A program made the position numbers and the translations under genes. Positions 18,784 through 29,749 of a DNA stretch of 64,000 nt are shown here, in pieces; within the stretch, counting starts at the first letter, position 1; every line of letters begins with the position of its first letter. The stretch is from assembly GCA_965648915.1 (NCBI GenBank), contig CBFGIV010000001.1:32001-96000 (forward strand), given 5' to 3'. The DNA comes from a candidate division WOR-3 bacterium (GTDB taxonomy: Bacteria; Hydrothermota; Tepidihabitantia; SM23-42; CAYGYG01). The notes beneath the pieces are model-generated. The model was not told the DNA's origin. It ran no database searches and was given only the letters and a program-made list of their open reading frames with translations.

Positions 18784-18978
18784 ATGACCGGTATTGTTGT
18801 TTACAACGGCGAGTCTTTTGACAATGCAATGAGACGGTTTCGCAAGGCGGTCGAACGGGCTGGTATATTAAAAGACATTAAAAAACACCAGACCTACGAA
18901 AAGCCGAGCGAAAAGAGGAAGAAAAAACTCATTGCTGCCCGTAAGAAGCAGTATCGTAAGATGAAGGAAGAGATCTGA
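18784..18978 (+). CDS. rpsU: 30S ribosomal protein S21
   Basis: [30 protein letters not shown] upstream. Confidence 0.95.
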   Translation: MTGIVVYNGESFDNAMRRFRKAVERAGILKDIKKHQTYEKPSEKRKKKLIAARKKQYRKMKEEI

Positions 18979-19041
18979 GCGAAGAATAAAAAATTTTAAG
19001 TGTGTCGATCTGAGTAGATAGTTGCTTACCAATCTACAATA

Positions 19042-21288
19042 ATGAATCCCCACACGGTTCAGGTTTTAGAATTCCCCAAGATTCTTGAACTTCTGGCTGA
19101 AAACTGCACAACCACCTTAGGCCGGAATTATGCCCGAACCTTGATGCCCATCACAGATCGAGTGTCGATAAATAGATGGCTGGAAGAGATTGACGAAGTG
19201 ATCAGGAGTGGTTTGACGATAGAATTCTTTCAGCCCTTTGAACCAGATTATCTTAGAAATAAGCTCTGTCTGCCCGAGACCTATCTTCCACCCGAGGATT
19301 TTAATTTACTCCGGACTTTTTTACTTCATATCGGTATCGTAAGGAGTCAGCTCCGGAATAGACTACTGAAAGAACTGACCTCGGGACTTGGTGATTACTC
19401 TTTACTGATTCGTTCGATCGATCAGATTTTTCTTGAAGATGGTTCGATGCGTAGTGATGCCTCACCCCGGCTCCGGCAGATCAGTAAATCGATCGCTGAA
19501 TCCCGGCAGAAGATCCAGGAGATACTCCAGAACATCTCCCGGGAAAACGAAAGATTCCTTTCTGATACCACTATAACAATCCGGGAGGGGAGATATGTCT
19601 TACCGTTGAAGGCTGCACACCGGGGAATGATAAGGGGTATTGTCAATGGGCGGTCAGCAAGTGAACAGACGATCTTTATTGAACCTTTAGAATCAATCGA
19701 AGAGCAGAACCGTCTGGCAGAACTTATTAGCGAGGAAGAGATGGAGATCGTCCGGATCCTGAAAGATTTGAGTGATAAGGTGCGTGCATCTATTGATGCG
19801 ATTGAATCTGATATTATCCGGATCGGTCGATTGGATCTTATATTTGCCAAGGCACGATTCGCACAAAAGATCAAGGGTAACCGGGTCAGGATTGATGAAG
19901 AAGGCAGGCTGAAGATTAAGAGGGCTATCCATCCCCTTTTGTTGATCTCGAAAAAGATTGATGAGATTGTCCCTCTCGATTTATCCATCGATCACGACAC
20001 TTCGATCATTGTTATATCTGGGCCGAATGCGGGCGGCAAGACTGTTGCCTTAAAGACCATTGGTCTGCTGGCATTGATGAATCAGGCCGGGCTCTTTGTG
20101 CCGGCTGAAGAAGGGACAAGCCTGAAGGTCTTTTCGAAGATCTTTGTAGACATTGGTGATGAACAGAGTATTGAAGATGCTCAGTCTACTTTCTCTGGTC
20201 ATCTGAGAATTGTTAATGAGGCGTTACAATCGGCTGATGGCGATACCCTGCTCCTGTTTGATGAATTTCTTTCTCAGACTTCACCGGATGAAGGTGCGGC
20301 ACTTGCCTGCTCAATGCTTGAAGAGTTTAAGAGGCGCGGAGCCTTACTCTTTGCCACAACCCACAATGAGAAGATCAAGATGTTTGTTCAAACCCAGCCC
20401 GGGATGAAAAATGCAGGTATGGAATTTAAAGATCGCCCCACATATCGATTGATTGTTGATGTGCCTCAGGGTTCAAACGCACTCCTGGTTGCCCAGGAGA
20501 TGGGGATTGAGGCCGGGATATTAAAAAGGGCAAGGGAATTTCTTGATCCCCAGATCTATTCTTTCAATCAGTTGCTTGAGAATCTGGCACAGGAGGCGAC
20601 CCAGGTCAAGAAACTGAGGGAGGAACTGGAAGAGTTGAAAAAGGACTATGAAGCGAGGATTGGTCGATTTGGCGAATATACAAAGCAGCAGAAGGCAAAG
20701 ATGCATCAGGAGTTCGAATCGCTGATCGACCAGCAACGCCGGGAATTTTCAACATTGATAAGAAGGATTAAAGAATCACGCGCATCAAAACCGGCAATTG
20801 AAGAGGCTCGAAAATTTATGGCTCAGGCTGAGCGCACACTTGAGAAGAGACGGGAGCCATATTTCCCCAGGATGGGCGAGACGGTCTCTGTCCCGCGCTA
20901 CAAATTCAAGGGCGAGGTCCTGGCGATTGAGGATCAGAGATATCTTATTGGTTCTGAAAAGATGAAGATCTGGGTTGGACCGGATGAGATCGAGATGGTT
21001 AAGGAGGAGAAGAATAAAGTCACCGAATCGGCCGGGATAAGTGATTTTATACCAGTGCTCAACCTGCGTGGCAAATTTCGTGATGATATCTTCCCGGCTC
21101 TGGATCGGTTCATCTATGATGCAATTTGTAAAAATTATAAGGTTGTAACGATCCTGCACGGTAAAGGCCGGGGCATTTTACGGCAGGCAGTTGCAGACTA
21201 TTTGAAAAAGATTAAAGAGGTCAAATCCTTTCGCTCGGGTGAGTTAAGTGAAGGGGGGACAGGGGTCACGATTGTGGAGTTAGAATGA
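19042..21288 (+). CDS. mutS2: Endonuclease MutS2
   Basis: SGPNAGGKT, DIGDEQSIE, STFSGH, coiled coil, C-terminal Smr domain (ILHGKGRGILR). Confidence 0.93.
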   Translation: MNPHTVQVLEFPKILELLAENCTTTLGRNYARTLMPITDRVSINRWLEEIDEVIRSGLTIEFFQPFEPDYLRNKLCLPETYLPPEDFNLLRTFLLHIGIVRSQLRNRLLKELTSGLGDYSLLIRSIDQIFLEDGSMRSDASPRLRQISKSIAESRQKIQEILQNISRENERFLSDTTITIREGRYVLPLKAAHRGMIRGIVNGRSASEQTIFIEPLESIEEQNRLAELISEEEMEIVRILKDLSDKVRASIDAIESDIIRIGRLDLIFAKARFAQKIKGNRVRIDEEGRLKIKRAIHPLLLISKKIDEIVPLDLSIDHDTSIIVISGPNAGGKTVALKTIGLLALMNQAGLFVPAEEGTSLKVFSKIFVDIGDEQSIEDAQSTFSGHLRIVNEALQSADGDTLLLFDEFLSQTSPDEGAALACSMLEEFKRRGALLFATTHNEKIKMFVQTQPGMKNAGMEFKDRPTYRLIVDVPQGSNALLVAQEMGIEAGILKRAREFLDPQIYSFNQLLENLAQEATQVKKLREELEELKKDYEARIGRFGEYTKQQKAKMHQEFESLIDQQRREFSTLIRRIKESRASKPAIEEARKFMAQAERTLEKRREPYFPRMGETVSVPRYKFKGEVLAIEDQRYLIGSEKMKIWVGPDEIEMVKEEKNKVTESAGISDFIPVLNLRGKFRDDIFPALDRFIYDAICKNYKVVTILHGKGRGILRQAVADYLKKIKEVKSFRSGELSEGGTGVTIVELE

Positions 21289-22949
21289 TTACCAAGGAAC
21301 AGATCGACGAGATCAGGGAGAAGACCGATATTGTCGACTTAATCGGTGAGTATCTCCCACTTAAAAAAGTAGGCAAGAACTATCGTGCCCTCTGCCCGTT
21401 TCATACGGAAAAGGACCCTTCGTTCTATGTCAATCCCGAGAAGAAGATATTCTACTGTTTTGGCTGTCAAACCGGCGGTGATGCCCTGACCTTTGTGATG
21501 AAGTATGAAAACCTCGATTTTCCCAGTGCCTTGGAAAAGTTAGGGAAGAGGGTCGGTGTCAATATTGTCCGGGGTTCGGCCCAGGATAAGTATGAGGATT
21601 TATATGAGGCGAATGAGTTTGCCGCCAATTTTTATAATCTGGCTCTTGAGAAAGATAGTGATCAGCGGGGTTTGAACTATCTGCGCCAGCGGAAGATTAC
21701 CCAGGATACGATAAAGAGGTTTAAACTCGGTTATGCACCGCCTGCGGGTGGCCTTATCGCCGAAGCCCGCAAGAAGAATTTTGCCATTGAAAAATTGATC
21801 AAGATTGGTCTTGTCTCTGCAGATCGCCGCTGGGAGCATTTTCGTGCCCGGGTAATCTTTCCCATATTTAACTTAGGCGGTAGAATTATCGGTTTTGGCG
21901 GCCGTGGTATTGATGAGCGGATCGAACCTAAATATCTGAATTCACCGGAAAGTCCGATTTTTAAAAAAGGTGATGCACTATTCGGTCTCTACCAGGCAAG
22001 AGATTCAATAAGAGCCAGGAACTCTGCCCTGCTGGTTGAGGGGTATTTTGATCAGATTTCACTCTTTCAGGCCGGCATCTTAAATGTAGTTGCCCCGTTG
22101 GGGACAGCCTTTACTGAGAGTCAAGCACTCCTCTTGAGCCGGTATTGTAAACAGGTCTACCTTTTCTTTGATGGTGATATGTCGGGAATAAGAGCGGCCC
22201 TCAGAGCAATAGGATTACTCATAAATGTTCAGGTTGGAGTCAAGGTGGTCAATCTGCCCGAAGGAAAGGACCCCGACTCTTTTGTAAATGAGAAAGGGGA
22301 GAGAGGAGTAAATGAACTGATTGAATCTGCCCAGGATTTTCTCGATTTTTACAGGGAAGCAAAAGGTTTTAAAAATATTGAGGAAGAGATCTCCCTTATT
22401 AAAGAGATTGCTCAGATCTTGCGAATGATAAATGACCCGATCAGGTTTGAAAAATACCTTAGATATACTTCAAAATTATTTGAAATATCAGAAGATAGTT
22501 TGCGGAAGGAGATCGCGGGTCAAAAAAAGGATCGAGAAGAGGTTGGCAGAAAGACAGTTGGTCTTGACCCTGAGATAAAGATTTTTGCCACTTCAATATC
22601 TTCGGACGAAAAATTCAAAATTGCTCAAAATTATCTGGACCCGGACGACTTCTCCAATAAAGAATTAAATTTTGTATTCAGTGAACTTAAGAAAAGAGAA
22701 AAGATAGACTTTTCTTCGGTTCTCTCTTTGATCAGTGATGAAACGATGAAGAAAGCCCTTATGAACTTAGCCCTTTTTGAACAGAGTATTGATGATAGTG
22801 AGTTTGAGCGAATGATAAAGAAATTTAAAATCAAGAGAGAGATACAGCAGACCAGGAGGTTACTCGGTGAAGCGGTCAGAAAAGGGGACGATGGAGCGAT
22901 TAAGGCGTTGCAGATGAGATTGATTGAACTTAAGAAGTTCAGTTTATGA
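21285..22949 (+). CDS. dnaG: DNA primase
   Basis: CPFH...CFGC zinc finger, KYLNSPES, VEGYFD and FDGD TOPRIM motifs. Confidence 0.97.
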   Translation: MITKEQIDEIREKTDIVDLIGEYLPLKKVGKNYRALCPFHTEKDPSFYVNPEKKIFYCFGCQTGGDALTFVMKYENLDFPSALEKLGKRVGVNIVRGSAQDKYEDLYEANEFAANFYNLALEKDSDQRGLNYLRQRKITQDTIKRFKLGYAPPAGGLIAEARKKNFAIEKLIKIGLVSADRRWEHFRARVIFPIFNLGGRIIGFGGRGIDERIEPKYLNSPESPIFKKGDALFGLYQARDSIRARNSALLVEGYFDQISLFQAGILNVVAPLGTAFTESQALLLSRYCKQVYLFFDGDMSGIRAALRAIGLLINVQVGVKVVNLPEGKDPDSFVNEKGERGVNELIESAQDFLDFYREAKGFKNIEEEISLIKEIAQILRMINDPIRFEKYLRYTSKLFEISEDSLRKEIAGQKKDREEVGRKTVGLDPEIKIFATSISSDEKFKIAQNYLDPDDFSNKELNFVFSELKKREKIDFSSVLSLISDETMKKALMNLALFEQSIDDSEFERMIKKFKIKREIQQTRRLLGEAVRKGDDGAIKALQMRLIELKKFSL

Positions 22950-23206
22950 GTAAACCAATCTATTCAATCGTTGTCTATAAAATATGTATATAAGAGGGGA
23001 ATATTTACTATTTTAAACCCTATAATCGGTTATTTATAAACCGGTATATTACTTAGTTCATTAACTTTTGTAGTATGATAAGATATATTGATTGTCGGTT
23101 ATAATCTGGTGATAGAATCAATCGGCCTGTGATAGTGCAGGTGGTGCCTTTAATTAGAACGAATATAAGTTCAGTTGATTAAGGCCCTTTTTTGAGACGG
23201 AGGTTT

Positions 23207-24769
23207 ATGTTTAAAGAAATTATCGAAAAGATCTATGCCAAAGGGTCAAAGACCGGCTATGTGACCCTTAACGATATTAATGAAATCCTGCCTGAGGATA
23301 TTCTACCAAATCAGATTGACGAAATTCTGGTTCAGATTGCACGCCGGGGTATCCAGGTTGTCGATTCTGAAGAGGTTGTGCCCGAGATTAAGAAACGGCC
23401 CGCAGTAATTACGCGTGCAGAAGAGCCAATTCGTGCCTATTTTAAAGAGCTCGCTCATTACTCTCTCCTCTCGAAAAAAGAGGAGACCGAACTTTCTCAG
23501 AAAATTGAGACTGGTTACCGGATGATTGAACGGCAGATATTTTATTTCCCGGGTATAATTGAATATCTGATTGATTACTGTAAGATGGTTGAGACCGGGA
23601 AGAAGACGCTCGATCAGGTTTCACGGGTTGAAATCGAAGCCCTGCTCAACAAACATACTCTATGGCAGGAGCGTCAGAAGTTTATTCGACGGATCAAGGC
23701 GGTTGAACGTGAGTTAAAATTGCTCATTGCGATGTTGAATGATAAGGGGCATCGGGTTTCAGAGTATAAGATCTTTGAAAAGCGCGAGAAGATATTAAGA
23801 AAAATTTCTCAACTTTCTCTTCAACCCAGTGTGATGAATCAGGTCATTCAGTACTTCAAAGATCTGACAACTGAACTCCAGCGTATAAACGACCGACTTA
23901 AAATATTAAAAGATACCGATTCAAAAATTGTAAAGATGTTCCGGAGGCGACGACGGCAGATTGAGCATCAATTAAAGGCCAAAAAGGATGGTTTCGATAA
24001 TGTCCTGACCGTAATCAGTTCCTGGGAGGATGTAATCAGCAAGGCACGGAAACGGATGATCGAAGGTAATATGCGGCTGGTGATCAGTATTGCAAAGCGC
24101 TATGTTAATCGGGGGCTCGATTTTTCCGATCTGGTAGGTGAGGGGAACAATGGTTTGATTCGTGCGGTCGAGAAATTTGATTATCGTAAAGGCTATAAAT
24201 TTTCCACCTATGCTACCTGGTGGATCCGTCAGGCAATAAATCGTGCCATCGGCGATCAGGCCCGGACCGTCCGGGTCCCGGCCCATGTCCTTGATACAAT
24301 GAATAAGGTTGCCCGGGCGATGCGTGATATGATACAGGAATTGGGCCGTGAGCCGACCGCCGAGGAGGTGGCAAAAAGACTGGATATTTCTACGGAAAAG
24401 GTCCGGATGGCACACAATATATCACTCATCCCGATCTCCCTGGATAAACCTATTGATGATGAAGAGTCAAGTTTTGTGGGTGATTTCATTGGCGATCCCA
24501 AGGTCGAGTCACCCGCCCGGCAGGCAGCACTGGCAATAATCAAAGATCGTTTCTCAGAAGTCTTACGCAGCCTTTCCCGTCGGGAAGAGAAGATTATCCG
24601 TTTGAGATTTGGACTTAATGATGGTTGCCCCAAAACCCTCGAAGAAGTTGGTAGAATGTTTAACATCACTCGCGAAAGGGTCAGACAGCTTGAAGCCAAG
24701 GCATTAAAAAAGTTGCGCCATCCAGTCCGAATCCGAAGGCTCGACCTGTATAAGAGTCTGATCGGATAG
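23207..24769 (+). CDS. rpoD: RNA polymerase primary sigma factor
   Basis: ATG 23207 follows GGAGG; region 2 [14 protein letters not shown]; region 4 TLEEVG...[13 protein letters not shown]; follows dnaG. Confidence 0.95.
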   Translation: MFKEIIEKIYAKGSKTGYVTLNDINEILPEDILPNQIDEILVQIARRGIQVVDSEEVVPEIKKRPAVITRAEEPIRAYFKELAHYSLLSKKEETELSQKIETGYRMIERQIFYFPGIIEYLIDYCKMVETGKKTLDQVSRVEIEALLNKHTLWQERQKFIRRIKAVERELKLLIAMLNDKGHRVSEYKIFEKREKILRKISQLSLQPSVMNQVIQYFKDLTTELQRINDRLKILKDTDSKIVKMFRRRRRQIEHQLKAKKDGFDNVLTVISSWEDVISKARKRMIEGNMRLVISIAKRYVNRGLDFSDLVGEGNNGLIRAVEKFDYRKGYKFSTYATWWIRQAINRAIGDQARTVRVPAHVLDTMNKVARAMRDMIQELGREPTAEEVAKRLDISTEKVRMAHNISLIPISLDKPIDDEESSFVGDFIGDPKVESPARQAALAIIKDRFSEVLRSLSRREEKIIRLRFGLNDGCPKTLEEVGRMFNITRERVRQLEAKALKKLRHPVRIRRLDLYKSLIG

Positions 24770-24799
24770 ACAAACGCCTCAATTGATTTATAAGACATT

Positions 24800-25711
24800 A
24801 TGTTTTTCTTCTTTATCTTTACCCTTATTCCGCTTGACTCATATCAGGATTTAAATGTTGGGGCAAGACCACGGGCATTAGGTTTTGCAGTAACTTCTCA
24901 AGTGGGTGACCCGGCAAATATCTTTTTTAACCCGGCCGGCCTGTCGGCGATGAAAGAAGGATGTTTTGTTGTTCATTACCGGGGCGAAGGTTTTGATAGC
25001 CTGGGTAGAATCGATGCAATTTCATTAATCCTTCCCGATCTTGCCTTATCCTATTTTCCTGTTGCCAATTCCGAAAAGTTTGTTGAAAGGTTGGTGGAGA
25101 GAGGAAAGGTCTGGGAGGATGAACGGTACAGGATCGATGAGTACATAATAACCGTAACATCGAGGACCGCCAATGCCTCTTTTAGTGATGAGGAGTATTT
25201 TCGGCTGGGCATTAATTTAAAATACCTGACCGGGCACTATTCAAAAATTGAGTGGAGTTATATCGATTCCCTCTGGTCAAAGCCCGAGTATATAATCAGT
25301 GATGGTAATGGTTATAGTTTAGACGGTGGTATCTTGATTAAGGTTGCTTATATTAATCTCGGGCTTCTCCTGAAAGATTTTTACGGAAGGATGAAATGGC
25401 AGCAAATTCATAATTCGGTAACTGATCGGCTGAGATTTATACCCCGGCTGGGATGCTCGGTCAATGCCCAGCAGATCAGGGTATTATTTGATATTCAGAA
25501 GGCAAGAGAGGTTACTTATCATCTCGGGACTGAAATCTGCTGGGAGATTTCAAAGTTTTCTTTGATGCCCAGGACCGGAGTGATATTCGAAGATGACCAG
25601 GCAGTTCGCTACACACTGGGAGGAGGAATCTCGGTCAATCGATTTATCATCGATTTCGGTATAGAACTGAAGTCCAAGACAAATGGAGTCTCGGTAGGCA
25701 TTTTATTGTAA
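24800..25711 (+). CDS. Outer-membrane beta-barrel, PorV/PorQ-like (UPF0164-like)
   Basis: VGARPRALG...NIFFNPAGL N-terminal motif and alternating beta-strands. Confidence 0.6.
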   Translation: MFFFFIFTLIPLDSYQDLNVGARPRALGFAVTSQVGDPANIFFNPAGLSAMKEGCFVVHYRGEGFDSLGRIDAISLILPDLALSYFPVANSEKFVERLVERGKVWEDERYRIDEYIITVTSRTANASFSDEEYFRLGINLKYLTGHYSKIEWSYIDSLWSKPEYIISDGNGYSLDGGILIKVAYINLGLLLKDFYGRMKWQQIHNSVTDRLRFIPRLGCSVNAQQIRVLFDIQKAREVTYHLGTEICWEISKFSLMPRTGVIFEDDQAVRYTLGGGISVNRFIIDFGIELKSKTNGVSVGILL

Positions 25712-25841
25712 AGACTCTACTAAAATATATAAAATTTACAGAGTTTATCGGGAATTGGTTTTATTATTAAAGCCCGGGTAAGATTCTGTTCATCTCCAAC
25801 TTCTTATTGACATTTTGACATATCTGAGTATATTGCCTGCG

Positions 25842-26660
25842 ATGAAATTGGATTTTGCAAATAGTGGATACAAAGAGGCAAAGATTGTCATCCTTGGATT
25901 TCCTTTTGATCGCACATCTTCATTTATCCCGGGTTCAAGATTTGGCCCTGAATATATCCGACAGGCGAGTTATAATATTGAAGGTTATAGTGTTTTTCAA
26001 AAGAGATCCCTGGCGGAGATTAAGATCTGTGATATGGGCGACCATTTCTTCGGTTTTTCTGCTCCCCTGAAGGAGATTGAGATCGAGGTCGGTAAAATTT
26101 ATAAAGCGAAGAAGACCGGGATATTCCTCGGTGGTGAACATACGATTAGCCTGGGTATTGTCCGGGCATTGAAGCGTTTTTATCATAATTTATCTGTAAT
26201 TCAATTTGACGCCCATGCGGATCTCCGCAATGAATTTTTAGGTGAAAAGATCTGTCATGCAACGGTGATGAAAAATATTGGTGTTATTATAGGGGAGTCA
26301 AATCTCTTTCAGTTAGGGATCAGGTCAGGCTTAAAAGAGGAGATGGAAAAGGCAAAGAACCTTTTCCCATCGACTGTGCTTGAACATACGAGCAAGATCA
26401 GAGAGGCCATCGGCCGAAGGCCGGTGTATCTCTCGATTGATGTCGATGTCCTTGATCCCGGCTTCCTTCCCTGTGTGGCAACACCCGAACCCGGCGGAAT
26501 AACCTATCAGGAACTGGTTAAGTCCTTAATTGATCTTAAGAGTTTAAATCTAATCGGTGCTGATATAGTTGAATACAATCCACTGGCTGCCTCTCCTCTG
26601 CCTTCAGGTTCGGTCGTCGCCGGATTATTAAAAGAATTAATCCTTTGTTTTGCAAAGTAA
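25842..26660 (+). CDS. speB: Agmatinase (ureohydrolase)
   Basis: GGEHTI, FDAHADL, SIDVDVLDP, TPEPGG; probable ATG start at 25842. Confidence 0.92.
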   Translation: MKLDFANSGYKEAKIVILGFPFDRTSSFIPGSRFGPEYIRQASYNIEGYSVFQKRSLAEIKICDMGDHFFGFSAPLKEIEIEVGKIYKAKKTGIFLGGEHTISLGIVRALKRFYHNLSVIQFDAHADLRNEFLGEKICHATVMKNIGVIIGESNLFQLGIRSGLKEEMEKAKNLFPSTVLEHTSKIREAIGRRPVYLSIDVDVLDPGFLPCVATPEPGGITYQELVKSLIDLKSLNLIGADIVEYNPLAASPLPSGSVVAGLLKELILCFAK

Positions 26661-26705
26661 TTAGAAATTAAAAGAACGAATAATATTTTATCATAGGAGG
26701 TGCCT

Positions 26706-26858
26706 ATGTGCTGTGATATCTGCCCATTTTATGATGAATGTGAGGAGACGGGGAAGATTAAGGATAAATGCTGCCCTGAATGTCCAGATTATGAGAACTG
26801 TGTAGGTGCTGAAGAGGACTACGAAGAGGAAGAGGAAGAAGAGGAGTTTGAGTATTAA
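26706..26858 (+). CDS. Small Cys-rich acidic protein (50 aa), absent from the ORF track
   Basis: AGGAGG 5 nt before ATG; MCCDICPFYDECEETGKIKDKCCPECPDYENCVGAEEDYEEEEEEEEFEY. Confidence 0.8.
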   Translation: MCCDICPFYDECEETGKIKDKCCPECPDYENCVGAEEDYEEEEEEEEFEY

Positions 26859-27130
26859 AAATGAGGAGATTTCTCTTAAGTATCGATTCAGATACCGGGT
26901 GTTATCATTCAGGATACTGTAGATATCGAGAAAGTGATGTTTAATCAGTCAGTAATTTGGGCATAGATTTTGCACAATAAACTATAAAATCGCTCTTGAC
27001 ATTTTTAATATTATGAATAAAATAGAGGTTATCTTTGTAATAACCTCTGAAAAGGAGGTGATGTGACGGCAAAGAGAAAGGTCTTAAGGCTATCGATGCT
27101 AAAGGAAAGAAAACCATATAAGGAGGAAAG

Positions 27131-28003
27131 ATGAAAAAGATAGCAATAGCCGGCATAGCGTTGTTAGCTATGTTTATTTTTGTGGGTGGAAGCTGTGGCG
27201 GTGCTGCTCTGCTTGAGGCACCCGAGATCTATAAGGTTTTGCTGACCGAGACGAATGTGACGCTCTACTGGCATCCGAGTGCCGATGCTGAGACTGAGGA
27301 TTTCAAAGAGTATGTGGTATATGCTTTTGAAGATTCGACACTCTATGACCTGGCAGGTGATAATGATTCGCTGGCTGACTATGAGAAAGCAGTTGCAACC
27401 GATACCTTCGCCACTGTGGCTCTATCAGCCGGTAAGGTATACTATCTCCAGGTTCGAACCAGAAATACGGATGATGAGGTTGGTGATTACAACACAACCA
27501 AGCCTTATGTGGCCTGTGCTCCAAGAAAGGGCGCGGTTGGCACCCAGGTTTATGGGCAGAGAGCAGGATATCCTTCGAACTGCGGTTTCAAATTCTCAAC
27601 CGGTGCGGTGCTTGATACAACCAACTGGGCAACGATGGACTGGTTCCTGGATATTTACTCCCAGACCGGACAACCCCGCTGGGTAGCCCAGATTACTCCA
27701 CCCTGGGCACATGATACGACCAAGAACTGGCCGAAGACACAGATGAAGTCACTGACGACTACGGCAACTGATATTGGTGAGATGATTGAGATTACTGATG
27801 CGGACTGGGTGACGCCACTAAAGCAGGGTGTGCGGGCTGATTCGGGTAAGTTCTACGGCTTTAAGTGTGTTGATACGACCTTTGCCAAGATAAAGGTCCA
27901 GAAGGTCTATATCGACACCATCGATTATACCAAGTCTTATATCAAGTTCGACTGGGCATGGCAGAGTGTCAAGGGCTTCCGCTATCTTGCGCCTGGTAAA
28001 TAA
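27131..28003 (+). CDS. Lipoprotein with fibronectin type III-like domain
   Basis: Signal peptide ending VGGSC; VTLYW...YVVY...YYLQVRT FN3 pattern; AGGAGG upstream. Confidence 0.75.
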   Translation: MKKIAIAGIALLAMFIFVGGSCGGAALLEAPEIYKVLLTETNVTLYWHPSADAETEDFKEYVVYAFEDSTLYDLAGDNDSLADYEKAVATDTFATVALSAGKVYYLQVRTRNTDDEVGDYNTTKPYVACAPRKGAVGTQVYGQRAGYPSNCGFKFSTGAVLDTTNWATMDWFLDIYSQTGQPRWVAQITPPWAHDTTKNWPKTQMKSLTTTATDIGEMIEITDADWVTPLKQGVRADSGKFYGFKCVDTTFAKIKVQKVYIDTIDYTKSYIKFDWAWQSVKGFRYLAPGK

Positions 28004-28024
28004 CCACTCTTTCCATCAGGAATC

Positions 28025-28051
28025 GGGCCGCCTTTAAGGCGGCCTTTTTTA
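28025..28051 (+). terminator. Rho-independent terminator
   Basis: GGCCGCCT-TTA-AGGCGGCC followed by TTTTTT, directly after the lipoprotein gene. Confidence 0.85.
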
Positions 28052-28309
28052 TTGCCGGGTCAGGGATTATCAGAGATTGACTTTTTAATTTCCACAGATT
28101 TTAAAATCTATTCTTGACTTTTGTTAAAAATTGAATAATCTGTATCTGTATTTTTTTCTTATTTTTATAGATGATTCCACTTATTCCATCTACTCAGAAT
28201 AATTTGAATTTCGACGCTTCCGATCTCTTAATCGCTTCCGCATCATTCTGGATTCAGACGTCGAAACAATAGATTTTAAGATATTCGCTCTATTTAGGAG
28301 GATTTGCTG

Positions 28310-29227
28310 ATGAAAGAAACAAAATATATCTGGATGGATGGCAATTTTGTTCCCTGGTCAGAAGCAAAGATTCATATCCTCTCTCATGTGATCCATTATG
28401 GTACCGGAGTCTTTGAGGGATTACGGTGTTATGCTACTCCCAAGGGGCCTCAGATTTTCAGGCTTAAGGACCATACGGAAAGGATGTTCAATTCGGCCAA
28501 GATGTATCGAATGGAGATCCCGTTCACCCAGGAAGAGATTAATCAGGCCTGTATTGATGTTGTAAAAAAGAACGAACTTTCTGAATCTTATATTAGACCT
28601 ATTGCCTATCGCGGCTATGCAGAATTGGGTGTGAATCCATTCCCCTGTCCAGTATGTGTGGCAATTGCTGCCCTCCAGTGGGGAAAGTATCTCGGTCCTG
28701 AAGCATTAGAACAGGGCGTTGATGTCATGGTTTCTTCATGGAACCGGATGGCACCAAATACTTTTCCGGCAATGGCCAAGTGTTGTGCCAATTATATGAA
28801 TTCCCAGTTAATCAAGATGGAGGCAATAACCTATGGTTTTGTTGAAGGGATAGCCCTCGACACTTCAGGTTATATAAGCGAAGGAAGCGGTGAGAATATC
28901 TTTGTTGTTTATAAAGGGAAGATCTACACCCCGCCCCTTCATGCATCGATCTTGCCAGGCATTACAAGGGATACGGTTATAAAAATCATTAATGATCTTG
29001 GCTTAACACTGGTTGAAGAGATGCTGGCAAGGGAATTTTTGTATATTGCTGATGAAGTCTTCTTTACCGGCAGTGCCGCCGAAGTTACTCCGATCCGTTC
29101 AGTCGATAGGATTAAGATTGGCACGGGAAAGGCCGGTCCAATTACCAAAGAGATCCAGCGGTATTTCTTTGATATTATTGAAGGATCTCGAGAGGATAGA
29201 TATAACTGGCTAACTCCGGTAAAATAG
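28310..29227 (+). CDS. ilvE: Branched-chain amino acid aminotransferase
   Basis: [41 protein letters not shown] 28310 follows AGGAGG. Confidence 0.95.
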   Translation: MKETKYIWMDGNFVPWSEAKIHILSHVIHYGTGVFEGLRCYATPKGPQIFRLKDHTERMFNSAKMYRMEIPFTQEEINQACIDVVKKNELSESYIRPIAYRGYAELGVNPFPCPVCVAIAALQWGKYLGPEALEQGVDVMVSSWNRMAPNTFPAMAKCCANYMNSQLIKMEAITYGFVEGIALDTSGYISEGSGENIFVVYKGKIYTPPLHASILPGITRDTVIKIINDLGLTLVEEMLAREFLYIADEVFFTGSAAEVTPIRSVDRIKIGTGKAGPITKEIQRYFFDIIEGSREDRYNWLTPVK

Positions 29228-29290
29228 TAAAATAAACTTACCAGGATTATTCGATGTATTTATCTCTTCTAAGATTGTTAATATCTTAAG

Positions 29291-29749
29291 ATGAAGATTG
29301 CTCTTGGTGCCGACCATCGCGGGTTTGAACTGAAAGAGAAAGTCAAGGATTACCTTCAGCGTAAAGGGATTGAGTTTCACGATTTTGGCACGGTTTCGAA
29401 CTCAGCGGTCGATTATCCCGACTTTGCCTTTAAGGTGGGAGAGAGCGTCGCTCATAAAAAATTTGACTACGGGATAATTATCTGTTATACCGGTATCGGA
29501 ATGTCGATCGCCGCGAATAAGGTCAAAGGGATAAGAGCGGCTCTGTGCCTTGATGATAAGATGGCTTACTATGCCCGTGCCCACAATGATGCTAATATTC
29601 TGGTTCTGAGTGCAAAACTATGCGATTTCGAACATGTCTATAAGAGCATTATTGACTGCTGGCTTACTCAGAATTTTGAAGGGGAAAGGCATCGCCGGCG
29701 TATCGAGAAGATTTCCAATTATGAAAATTCGACCCATTGCAGCAGATAG
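29291..29749 (+). CDS. rpiB: Ribose-5-phosphate isomerase B
   Basis: GADHRG, VDYPD, CYTGIGMSIAANK, HNDAN, ERHRRR. Confidence 0.95.
   Translation: MKIALGADHRGFELKEKVKDYLQRKGIEFHDFGTVSNSAVDYPDFAFKVGESVAHKKFDYGIIICYTGIGMSIAANKVKGIRAALCLDDKMAYYARAHNDANILVLSAKLCDFEHVYKSIIDCWLTQNFEGERHRRRIEKISNYENSTHCSR

Noticed and set aside
23120..23190. Imperfect hairpin upstream of rpoD
   Set aside because: Weak stem with several mismatches and no recognisable family.
28205..28270. TTTCGACG...CGTCGAAA inverted repeat upstream of ilvE as a T-box or attenuator
   Set aside because: No T-box consensus, terminator or leader peptide found.
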